Below, piece after piece: positions 1-8,034 of a stretch of 17,021 nt of DNA. Origin of the DNA: Candidatus Heimdallarchaeota archaeon. GTDB lineage: Archaea > Asgardarchaeota > Heimdallarchaeia > JABLTI01. The notes beneath the pieces are model-generated. The model saw nothing but the letters and a program-made list of their open reading frames with translations, searched no databases and was not told where the DNA came from. The DNA is taken from contig JAHLVW010000041.1 of the NCBI GenBank assembly GCA_019058275.1, positions 1-17,021 of the forward strand. Reading direction: 5' to 3'. The position numbers and the translations under genes are program-made. Numbering within the stretch: position 1 is the first letter of the stretch; each line of letters opens with the position of its first letter.

Positions 1-287
1 CATTAAGACAAAGTTACCCAAGCTACTTCTGGAATAAATCCTTCAAAATGCTCTGCTTCCCTCTCGAGATAGTCTTCTGGGATAAATAAGGGGAAGTAAG
101 CGTTTTTATGACCAGTAGCTTTCAATTCATTATCCAGCTTATCAACAATAGATTCCCAAATGGAGTAACCATAAGGCATGATTACATTTGAACCTTTTAC
201 AGGGGATCTTTTATCAACTATGTTAGCATATTCAACGACAGCTGTATACCATTGCAAAAATTCTTTCTCTTTATCCGGAAGTTTCAT
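1..287 (-). CDS. proS: Proline--tRNA ligase, archaeal/eukaryotic type (N-terminal part, runs off window)
   Basis: KEFLQWY...PVKG..VIMPYGYSIWE...GHKNAYFPLFIP..L.REAEHFEGF.PEVAWVT is the N-terminus and motif 1 region of archaeal/eukaryotic-type ProRS. Confidence 0.95.
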
Positions 288-319
288 CTGTTACAACCAA
301 CTGCATTCTAATTAGGGAT

Positions 320-340
320 TAAATTAAATCTTTTCGTTTA
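320..340 (-). promoter_or_regulatory. Putative BRE/TATA promoter of proS
   Basis: The minus strand reads AAACGAAAAG-ATTTAATTT (purine-rich BRE plus AT box) about 35-50 nt upstream of the proS ATG. A similar AAACGAAAG-TTTAATAA lies upstream of rps19e. Confidence 0.35.
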
Positions 341-383
341 TTTTAATGATAAATTTGATTAGTTTCAACTTATTTCCTTAAAG

Positions 384-1184
384 CTATTCTTGATTTTCAC
401 TCGAAAAAAGTCCTTTTCTCCCAACTATTATGAATGCTGTAAATCCTATCATTCGAGTAACTGGTCTAATAGCTCCTATTCGTGTTGTTAAATCTCTCCT
501 AATAATCTCAAAAGCTTCAATTTGATAGAAGTTACTATTGACCATCTTCTCAATTGTTTTGTCTACCTGAACATAAGTGGGTACAAAAACCAATAAAATA
601 CCTCCACCCATTAAGGCTTCCTTAGCAGAATCAATAACATCCCAAGGGTTGGGTAAATCCAGAATTACTGAATCAATTTCCTTCTCATCAAAACCTGTCG
701 TTGCATCTCTGATTTTAAATTTAACAAATTCTGACAATCCTAGTTTTTCAATATTTTTTCTAGCTACGGATTGGTGTTCTTCCTTAAAATCATACGAAAA
801 AACCTTGCCATCAGGTTTGACATACCTAGCCATTGCTGATGTCAATCCTCCGCTACCAGTACCTGCCTCAATAACCTTAGAACCACTACATATACCAGCA
901 GAAAAAATAATCTGAGCAATATCAGTTTGATAAATAACTTGTGTAGAATGAGTTACAGCGTCGAGAAAATCATATGGGATTGGTTTCCAAAGAAAGAAAT
1001 TAGACCCTTTAGCATTTGTTATACCGGAACCAAATTCTAATCCTATAATGTCATTATGAGGTATAGTTCCTTTGTGAGTGTGAAATTCTTTATCCTTCAC
1101 TACTTTTACCATCCATTTCTTAGTTGCTGAAGCTGAGATTAATACATAATCTCCTTCTTTAATCTTCATTGTGATTTTCTCCAA
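384..1184 (-). CDS. trmI: tRNA (adenine(57/58)-N1)-methyltransferase, TrmI/Gcd14 family
   Basis: FHTHKG.I.H..IIG N-terminal domain, TQVIY, SAM motif VIEAGTGSGGLT, LDLPNPW, and C-terminal RP..RMIGFTAF. The start may be ATG at 1169 rather than TTG at 1184. Confidence 0.93.
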   Translation of the reverse strand: MEKITMKIKEGDYVLISASATKKWMVKVVKDKEFHTHKGTIPHNDIIGLEFGSGITNAKGSNFFLWKPIPYDFLDAVTHSTQVIYQTDIAQIIFSAGICSGSKVIEAGTGSGGLTSAMARYVKPDGKVFSYDFKEEHQSVARKNIEKLGLSEFVKFKIRDATTGFDEKEIDSVILDLPNPWDVIDSAKEALMGGGILLVFVPTYVQVDKTIEKMVNSNFYQIEAFEIIRRDLTTRIGAIRPVTRMIGFTAFIIVGRKGLFSSENQE

Positions 1185-1294
1185 TTCTTGTATCTGTGTA
1201 ACAACACAACTATTTAGTGTTTTAAACCGTTACTATCCATTTCAAAGTAAACCATGCAAAAAATGTTTTCATGAAAACAAGTGAGTTTTAGAGG

Positions 1295-2146
1295 TTACTC
1301 TGTAATTAATCGAACATATTCATCAGCCATAATTGCCCTGATGATTTTTGTGTCTAGGTCACCAACAATAGTTTTAGAACCAATTATCGTTGTTGGCAAA
1401 GATTGAATACCATACTCTTTTGCTAATTTCTCATCTGTATTGATATTAACAACTCTAATGGTAAGTGGAAATTCATTTGATAGACTACTGATATTATCAA
1501 GTGCAGGTTTACACCAAGTACAGTCATCACTAAAGAAGAAAACAATGGGTAATTGTGCATCTGCTAATGCACCATTGAAATTAATTTTTTGCTTTTGTGG
1601 AACACCAAAGGATTCGTTCCAACCAGTAAGCATTTTTGCTATCATTGAAAAAATATCTATTACATTTTTACCTGTCTTAGCACTGGCAAAAACAATTCCA
1701 TTGAACATTCTACGGATATCTAACTGATTAAGTCGATCAGAGATCTCATCTACATTATGTTCTAAATCTATTTTATTGAATAAAATAATCTTAGGTATTT
1801 TTCTATTGGAAATTTGGTCAAGTCTTTCATTCCACACACTTAAATCATCAATAGATTCAGGACGAGAAACATCTGCCACAAAAATTGCTGCATCAGCTTC
1901 TACCAGATATCTAAAAGCAAACTTCTTGAAAGCTTCCTGTCCACCAACATCCCAAATAGATAAACCTACTTTCTTTTCTCCAATGGTAATATATCTTGTA
2001 TAAATATTAAAACCTAATGTTGCAGAATAACTTCCCTTAAATTGATTATGAACATACCTTTGAATGACACTTGTCTTTCCTACACTTGGATTGCCAAGAA
2101 CAACAATTTTTCGACAATCAACTGAACTAAGCATGTTACATACCAA
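1295..2146 (-). CDS. Rab-like small GTPase fused to a C-terminal thioredoxin/glutaredoxin-fold (CxxC) domain
   Basis: G1 GNPSVGKTS, G2 YSATLG, G3 WDVGGQ, G4 NKID, G5 SAK. These are followed by VFFFSDDCTWCKP...LAKEYGIQSLPTTII (CxxC plus cis-Pro loop). The likely start is ATG 2134. Confidence 0.88.
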   Translation of the reverse strand: MVCNMLSSVDCRKIVVLGNPSVGKTSVIQRYVHNQFKGSYSATLGFNIYTRYITIGEKKVGLSIWDVGGQEAFKKFAFRYLVEADAAIFVADVSRPESIDDLSVWNERLDQISNRKIPKIILFNKIDLEHNVDEISDRLNQLDIRRMFNGIVFASAKTGKNVIDIFSMIAKMLTGWNESFGVPQKQKINFNGALADAQLPIVFFFSDDCTWCKPALDNISSLSNEFPLTIRVVNINTDEKLAKEYGIQSLPTTIIGSKTIVGDLDTKIIRAIMADEYVRLITE

Positions 2147-2261
2147 ACTAAAATATTTTTACAGATAAATTTAGTTTCATTTGATTAAGTAAGAGAATAT
2201 CTGAATTTAATCTTAAGTAACTTTGCCTTGGTGCAGTTCATCACTTTAAAAAAAGTCGCAT

Positions 2262-2597
2262 TCAATTCTTCTGTATAATTTTTTTCTTTTTACCTTCTTT
2301 ACAAATTTCACAGTAGTAAATAACAGAAGATTGTTTCCCTGATTTGATACGAACGTGAGCATTTATTCCTGGACGAATGAATCTTTTGCAATTATTACAG
2401 AATCTTATTCTCCAACGTTTTGGTAACCGGATTCTTGCTTTCATAGCTATTTTCCTTGCTAATTCACCATACCTTAATGCTAAATCAGGTTCTTCAGGAT
2501 AAATTTCATCTGCTCTTGTTAAAAGTAAATCAATTCGCTCAATTGCTATTTGGTTGGTTTCGTTTTTTTCCCGTCTCGCTTTCATTATACTTAACAC
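2262..2597 (-). CDS. rnp4: Ribonuclease P protein component 4 (Rpp21)
   Basis: IAIERIDLL...LALRYGELARKIAMKARIRLP...RFCNNC...PG.NA.VRI...CEIC, the Rpr2/Rpp21 Zn-ribbon signature. Alternative ATG at 2585. Confidence 0.93.
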   Translation of the reverse strand: MLSIMKARREKNETNQIAIERIDLLLTRADEIYPEEPDLALRYGELARKIAMKARIRLPKRWRIRFCNNCKRFIRPGINAHVRIKSGKQSSVIYYCEICKEGKKKKIIQKN

Positions 2598-2740
2598 TCA
2601 ACTATTCTTACTACTAGCTTTATGTTAATACCATCTTACAATTAAAAGTTCTGAAAAAATAGAAAAACTATTAAGAAAGAATTTAAATAGAAGGTAAATT
2701 TGCAATTTTATTCAAAAATAAAACCTTGATAAGCGATACA

Positions 2741-2756
2741 AACGAAAGTTTAATAA
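2741..2756 (+). promoter_or_regulatory. Putative BRE/TATA promoter of the rps19e operon
   Basis: AACGAAAG followed by TTTAATAA in the divergent rnp4/rps19e intergenic region; resembles the element upstream of proS. Confidence 0.3.
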
Positions 2757-2865
2757 TCTTGAACTTTATGAACGAAAATCATTCTAAGAGGAAAATAACT
2801 TTAAGAGATAAGAAATTCTATCTCTAACCTCGATGAATAAGAATTCATAAGTAGTGTTAATTAAT

Positions 2866-3306
2866 ATGCCAACGGTTTACGATGTTCCCGCAGAAGCTTT
2901 AATCAAAGCAGTTGCTCTTGAGATTAAGAAATTAAACAAGATTACTACTCCAGAATGGGCAAACTATGTAAAAACAGCTTCCTTTAAACAACACGCTCCA
3001 CGAGACCAAGATTGGTGGTACGTCCGTTGTGCATCTTTGTTGAGAAAAGTATACATAAAAGGTCCAATAGGCACATCCCATCTAAGAAAAGAATATGGTG
3101 GGTTGAGAAGAGGTAGTAATCGTCCAGAAAAATCCACTAAAGCAAGTGGATCAATCATCAGAAAAGCTCTCAAACAGTTAGAAGGAGAGGGACTAATATC
3201 TTCATCCAGAAAAGGACGAATCATTTCTGCAAAAGGACGATCATTACTTGATAAAATCTCAACAAAAGTAATAAAAGAACAATTTCCTGAACTCAAAAAA
3301 TATTAG
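2866..3306 (+). CDS. rps19e: 30S ribosomal protein S19e (eS19)
   Basis: MPTVYDVPA...PEWA.YVKT...P...DWWYVRCAS.LRKVY..GP.G...L...YGG...GSIIRKALKQLE..G...GR. ATG at 2866. Confidence 0.97.
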   Translation: MPTVYDVPAEALIKAVALEIKKLNKITTPEWANYVKTASFKQHAPRDQDWWYVRCASLLRKVYIKGPIGTSHLRKEYGGLRRGSNRPEKSTKASGSIIRKALKQLEGEGLISSSRKGRIISAKGRSLLDKISTKVIKEQFPELKKY

Positions 3307-3337
3307 TTGAATAATCAATTGTTATAATGTGGTTATA

Positions 3338-3676
3338 ATGTCTGAGGATCGAGAATTAGAAGCATTGCGAAAAAAACGTGAAGCAGAATTACAGTCACAA
3401 GTAGGAGCACAAACAGAAGCTGCTGCACAAAAAGCTGAAATAGATGCTCAAAAAGCAATGATCTTAAGGCAAATATTGACCACTAAAGCAAGAGATCGAT
3501 TGACTAACATTAAAATAGCAAGACCAGATTTTGCTGAAAGTTTGGAAAATCAATTAATTACCCTTGCATCAAGGAGTAATTTACAAGGTCCAGTTACTGA
3601 AGAGCAACTAATAGATATCTTGAAAAAACTTCAATCTGGAAAAAGAGAAAGTACAATTGAATTCAAAAGAAAATAA
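3338..3676 (+). CDS. PDCD5-family DNA-binding protein
   Basis: [12 protein letters not shown]...[28 protein letters not shown]...I.FKRK. Canonical position downstream of rps19e. Confidence 0.92.
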   Translation: MSEDRELEALRKKREAELQSQVGAQTEAAAQKAEIDAQKAMILRQILTTKARDRLTNIKIARPDFAESLENQLITLASRSNLQGPVTEEQLIDILKKLQSGKRESTIEFKRK

Positions 3677-3692
3677 AAAGAAGGAATTCAAG

Positions 3693-3848
3693 ATGGCAAG
3701 AAATAAACCACTTGGTAAAAAACTGAGAATGGCTAGTGCTGCTAGAAGAACAAGAGGAGTTCCTACTTGGGTTGTTATGAAAACTGGTGGAAAAGTTAGA
3801 AACCATCCTAAAAAAAGGCACTGGCAAAGAAACAACTTGAAAGTATAA
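3693..3848 (+). CDS. rpl39e: 50S ribosomal protein L39e (eL39)
   Basis: [16 protein letters not shown]....VP.WV..KT...VR.HPKKRHW.R..L, 51 aa from ATG 3693. Confidence 0.97.
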   Translation: MARNKPLGKKLRMASAARRTRGVPTWVVMKTGGKVRNHPKKRHWQRNNLKV

Positions 3849-3874
3849 TCTAGTAAATAAGAGGTTGTAATGCA

Positions 3875-4252
3875 ATGAGTGTAGAAGACGAAGTCGTTGA
3901 AGAAAGAATCTATACAATCCCCTTCTACCCGAAGTTAAAATTATCCACTCGTAATAAAAGAGTCCCAAGGGCAATTAGGATTATGAAGGAGTTCATTTAC
4001 AGACATATGAAAGCTGACGATATTATTATCGACAACGAGTTAAATGAATACATCTGGGCTAGGGGCATTCAAAAACCTCCAAGGAAAGTACGTGTAAGAG
4101 CAATTAAAGATGAAGAAGGTATTGTTGAACTTTATCTTGTCGAAAAGAAAGTTGCTACAGAAGCACGCGTTCCTGAGGTCAGAAGAAGACCAGGTCGTGG
4201 CGAATTACGTCCACCTGAAGAAGACGATATCGAAGAAGAAGAGGATGAGTAA
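3875..4252 (+). CDS. rpl31e: 50S ribosomal protein L31e (eL31) with Arg/Pro then acidic C-terminal extension
   Basis: EERIYTIP...KRVPRAIR..KEF..RHMK...ID.ELNEYIWARGIQKPPRKVRVR, then an extension ending EEDDIEEEEDE. Confidence 0.96.
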   Translation: MSVEDEVVEERIYTIPFYPKLKLSTRNKRVPRAIRIMKEFIYRHMKADDIIIDNELNEYIWARGIQKPPRKVRVRAIKDEEGIVELYLVEKKVATEARVPEVRRRPGRGELRPPEEDDIEEEEDE

Positions 4253-4290
4253 ATTCCCCTTCTATTCTTTCCATTTTTTTTTATTTTTGA
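4253..4290 (+). terminator. Oligo-T/pyrimidine tract, probable archaeal terminator of the ribosomal protein operon
   Basis: TTCCCCTTCTATTCTTTCCATTTTTTTTTATTTTT directly after the rpl31e stop. Confidence 0.5.
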
Positions 4291-4433
4291 TAATAAACAA
4301 AATTATTTTGAGAATTAATTTGTTTAATCAATCTTAGAGATACTTACTCAAATGCGAGTAATTGAATAATTATTATTTATATTCATCACTAGAATTTGAT
4401 TACGAATATTGTTCTGATTAGCAGATAAAAAGG

Positions 4434-5255
4434 GTGACTTTAGTGGGCAAACCAATTCCCAATAATTTAGATTATGTTTCAGTAACAGAAAATGAAACTT
4501 CACTTGTTAATGAAAATAAAACTGAACAAACTACAAATGATAACAATGAAATGTCAGAAATACCTGAATTAAGAGAATATAAAGGCAGAACTTATACCAT
4601 TGAAATTGCTGCAGGTGCTATACTTGGTGGTTTAAGTGTTTTAATAGGCTTCTTATGGGATGCTTATGTTGAAGGAATACTAGGTGGACCTCAATTTGCA
4701 CCAGGAATGACTTGGTTGGATTTACTCGCTATTCCAATTTTAGTTGCTTTCTTCGTTTTTGGCATAAGAAGTGGTTTAATCGCATGTGTCATAGGTTGTG
4801 GAGCTATTGCAGGTTATCTTTCTGAAGGAGGATTTGGCTGGTTAGCAATGCTGCCTAAATTTGTTGCAACAATAACAATGTTTCTTGTTCCATGGACTAT
4901 CCTTAAGATCAATAACAATAGAAAAGCGAAAAATAAATTTAGAATTCTAAAAACATTAGATTATTCTTCTGAAACTTTTAATTCAGTAGGTAATTATGCC
5001 TTTTTGATGGGAAATGCAATACTCTTTCGTATGATTTTTACTTTCATCTTCAATCTATTCGTTGTAATTCCACTTTATTTTTACTTAGTATATGGTGGAG
5101 AAACTTTCGAGACAGTTTTCACTGAACCAATATTATTTTTGACCTTTGTGGGAGGATATACTGCTTGGAATATCGTTCAAGGAGTATCTGATTCAATAAT
5201 CTCTTATCTAATCGCCTATCCAACACATTTATACAAGGTATTTTCTACATGGTAA
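4434..5255 (+). CDS. Integral membrane protein, ECF transporter S-component-like
   Basis: About 6 hydrophobic segments. IAAGAILGGLSVLI and LDLLAIPILVAFFVFGIRSGLIACVIG match the S-component pattern. Substrate unknown. The start could be ATG 4551. Confidence 0.6.
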   Translation: MTLVGKPIPNNLDYVSVTENETSLVNENKTEQTTNDNNEMSEIPELREYKGRTYTIEIAAGAILGGLSVLIGFLWDAYVEGILGGPQFAPGMTWLDLLAIPILVAFFVFGIRSGLIACVIGCGAIAGYLSEGGFGWLAMLPKFVATITMFLVPWTILKINNNRKAKNKFRILKTLDYSSETFNSVGNYAFLMGNAILFRMIFTFIFNLFVVIPLYFYLVYGGETFETVFTEPILFLTFVGGYTAWNIVQGVSDSIISYLIAYPTHLYKVFSTW

Positions 5256-5564
5256 GTCATTTTACAGCTAGAAAACTACTTATTTCATCTTCTTATTTGT
5301 ATGAAGAACTTGCACCAATCAAAAGTATATAATAAAGATAAAATTGTTACCTTCACTAAATTACGGAAAGAACTGAAAAATTCTTATACTTGAATACATA
5401 ACACTTTTTAGATAGATGAGATTATCTATACAAACCTAATAATTATCTAAAGGCGCACAAGAAAACCTGAGATTTAAATTACAGCTCAAAACAAAAAATA
5501 ATCCCTAGGTTATCAAGTATTTTGCACTTGAAGATAAATTGAAAATGCATGTGAGGTCACGTAA

Positions 5565-5960
5565 TTGATAGCCATTATCAAAGAGTTCAAACAAATGCTC
5601 CAAGAAATGTTCAAATCACGTGGAGTTACAGAAATACTTGCGAATGACCTAGTGGAAATTCTAGCTGTTAGCTTCAAAGAACTCGAGATGATGTTAAAGG
5701 AAGAAAATCTGAGCAAGGAATTTAAACTTGTGACAGCCAAAGATGGAACCATTTACGTAAAGCGTTATATGCAACCATTATTGGATGGGGAATCCATGAC
5801 AATTGCCTTTAAAATTCAATGGGATAATATCGGTGGATGTCCATGCTTTACTTGTTACGAATTAGAAAAGTGTGATGTAGGAAATCCGATTTCCTCCGTT
5901 GATTGTCCTCTGTTTTCAAAATGGTTATTCTCAGATTCGGACGAAGAAAAGAAGAAATGA
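5565..5960 (+). CDS. TFE-beta / RNA polymerase III Rpc34-like protein (putative winged helix plus C-terminal Fe-S domain)
   Basis: C-terminal CPCFTC-x5-C-x10-C-PLFSKWL resembles the [4Fe-4S] domain of archaeal TFE-beta and eukaryotic C34/RPC39. The N-terminus has a helix-helix-helix-hairpin pattern. GTGAGGT SD-like element precedes TTG 5565. Confidence 0.65.
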   Translation: MIAIIKEFKQMLQEMFKSRGVTEILANDLVEILAVSFKELEMMLKEENLSKEFKLVTAKDGTIYVKRYMQPLLDGESMTIAFKIQWDNIGGCPCFTCYELEKCDVGNPISSVDCPLFSKWLFSDSDEEKKK

Positions 5961-6107
5961 TAATAACTCTTATAGAAAAACTGATGAAATTCGTTTTCTA
6001 ATTAATCTTTAAAGGTACAAAATTAGTAGAAATAGAGCAAAATAAGCAAAAAAAACTCTATTCTTTTATCTATCAATTGTTTATACCTAATACAAGAGGA
6101 CGTACTA

Positions 6108-6761
6108 ATGACTCATCGACGAAAGACAAGAAAAAGAGAATTCTATTACCGAGAAGCGATTAGGGAGGGATATCGTTCACGTGCCTCTTACAAATTGAAA
6201 CAGTTACATGAAAAATTCGATATTTTCAAGGTCGGAAATCTTGTTCTTGATATTGGTGCAGCCCCTGGTGGATGGTCTCAAGTAGCAAGTACGTATGTTC
6301 AACCAGTAGGTAGGGTGTATGCTGTAGATTTAGAATATTTAGATCCAATAGATAATGTTATAGCTATCCAAGGGGATATGTCTGATCCTGAAACCCATAA
6401 ACGGTTAAAAACTATCATAGGGAAACCGATAGATGTAGTTATTTCTGATATTAGCCCAAACATAACTGGAAATTGGAGTACAGATCACGCTAGGCAAATC
6501 TACCTAACTGAACAAGCTCTAAGGTTATGTGTTTCAGGACTATTGAAACAAGGTGGTAAATTTGTTTGTAAGCTGTTTATGGGAGATCTGCATGAGGATT
6601 TTATTAAGAATTTAAAGAAGCTATTCACAGTTGTTTATACATATAAACCCAAAGCCTCAAGAAAAGGCAGTGCTGAGTTTTATGTAGTTGCTAAAGGATT
6701 GAAAAAAGGACCAATAAAATGGAAAAAGAAACCAGAACAAGCAGGGGAAAAAAGTGATTGA
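6108..6761 (+). CDS. rlmE: 23S rRNA 2'-O-methyltransferase RlmE/FtsJ
   Basis: GYRSRASYKL, VLDIGAAPGGWSQ, and the K-D-K-E tetrad (YKL, SDISP, VCKLF, SAEFY). Confidence 0.95.
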   Translation: MTHRRKTRKREFYYREAIREGYRSRASYKLKQLHEKFDIFKVGNLVLDIGAAPGGWSQVASTYVQPVGRVYAVDLEYLDPIDNVIAIQGDMSDPETHKRLKTIIGKPIDVVISDISPNITGNWSTDHARQIYLTEQALRLCVSGLLKQGGKFVCKLFMGDLHEDFIKNLKKLFTVVYTYKPKASRKGSAEFYVVAKGLKKGPIKWKKKPEQAGEKSD

Positions 6762-7983
6762 GTATCCTTTAGTAACAGTGATAGAAGGGAAAACAAAGAT
6801 TCATGTCCCTGATGTTGAATCATTCAAAAAATCTCCAGCAAGCTATCCACCATCAGATGCGCCGGTTTTTTACAATAAGGTGATGGAATTAAATAGAGAC
6901 TTTGCTTTAGCAGCATTACGTGTGTATCAAAAGAAGTATGCTTCAAGGGAACAATTACACTATTGTGAACCAATGGCTGGCAGTGGTATTCGTTCTGTAA
7001 GAGTTGCTAATGAAATAGAAAACATTGCTGTTATAATTAATGATAGAAACCCTCAAGCAGTTGAATTAATCAATGAAAACGTAAAACAATTACAGTTGGA
7101 AAAGAAAACGCAAGTTTATACTGATGATGCCAATGAATTAATGCTTAGATTTGGCGCAGTTGGTAAAAAATTCGATATTCTTGATATTGATCCTTTTGGT
7201 TCTCCTTCAGCTTATATTGATTCTGCTGCACAAGTAGTAAGCGATAATAGTTTATTAGCCGTAACATCAACAGATATGGCAACAATGTGTGGGGTCTACT
7301 CAAAAGCTTGTATAAGGAAATATGCTTCAAAACCCATCCATACTTGGATTAGTCATGAACTTACAGTTCGAATGTTACTTGGTTTTATTGCAACGGCAAT
7401 AGCTAGACATGGAAAAATGATAAGACCAGTATTTGCACATAGTACAGAACATTACATTAGAGTTTATGTCATAGTTGAGAAAGGAATCACAAAAGCAAAA
7501 GCAGCAATGGAAAAACTTGGTTTTATATCACATTGCAGGAATTGTTATTCAATTGATTATTCTTTTGGGTTAATTAACACATTAACTAGAGAATGTCCTC
7601 ACTGTAAAGAAAAACGACAAATCGGTGGACCCTTTTGGCTAGAGAATATCTACGAGAAGGCATTTGTTGATGAACTAGTATTAGAGTTGCAACAGCTTGA
7701 GGATCTTTATGGAAAACAAAGACAAATGAGTAAAATTCTAGCATTAATAACAGAAGAACTTAAAGCAGCAGATTCACAGAAAGCCTCAATTTGCTACTAT
7801 GATTTACATCAAATTTCTGATAAACTAAACAGTCCTTCACCTGCATTAGATGCAACTATCCAAGAGTTAATCAAAAAAGGATACATTGCAACAAGAACAC
7901 ATTTTCGGACAAATTCAATAAAAACAGATGCGTCAATTGATGAAATTATTAAAGCAATGAAGAAAGTTCTCAAGAAGAAATAA
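6754..7983 (+). CDS. trm1: tRNA (guanine(26)-N2)-dimethyltransferase Trm1
   Basis: APVFYN..MELNRD, MAGSGIRSVR, DIDPFGSP, TSTD, HYIRV, CRNC...CPHC Zn finger, RTHF....IKTDA. The GTG start overlaps the rlmE stop. Confidence 0.96.
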   Translation: MIEYPLVTVIEGKTKIHVPDVESFKKSPASYPPSDAPVFYNKVMELNRDFALAALRVYQKKYASREQLHYCEPMAGSGIRSVRVANEIENIAVIINDRNPQAVELINENVKQLQLEKKTQVYTDDANELMLRFGAVGKKFDILDIDPFGSPSAYIDSAAQVVSDNSLLAVTSTDMATMCGVYSKACIRKYASKPIHTWISHELTVRMLLGFIATAIARHGKMIRPVFAHSTEHYIRVYVIVEKGITKAKAAMEKLGFISHCRNCYSIDYSFGLINTLTRECPHCKEKRQIGGPFWLENIYEKAFVDELVLELQQLEDLYGKQRQMSKILALITEELKAADSQKASICYYDLHQISDKLNSPSPALDATIQELIKKGYIATRTHFRTNSIKTDASIDEIIKAMKKVLKKK

Positions 7984-8034
7984 TAATGTAAGAAAAGATT
8001 TTTGTGTTACGTTGCTGGTTTTTACATGAAATAA

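Noticed and set aside
577-2003. Plus-strand ORFs 577-915, 1440-1727, 1776-2003
   Set aside because: Antisense shadows of trmI and the GTPase gene, with no recognisable motifs.
3321-3340. Direct repeat GTTATAATG x2 before the PDCD5 gene
   Set aside because: A 9-nt AT-rich duplication with no further copies; insufficient evidence of function.
2964-4337. ORFs 2964-3296, 3608-3835, 3663-3974 (minus) and 4110-4337 (plus)
   Set aside because: They overlap well-supported ribosomal protein genes antisense or out of frame and run through low-complexity T-tracts.
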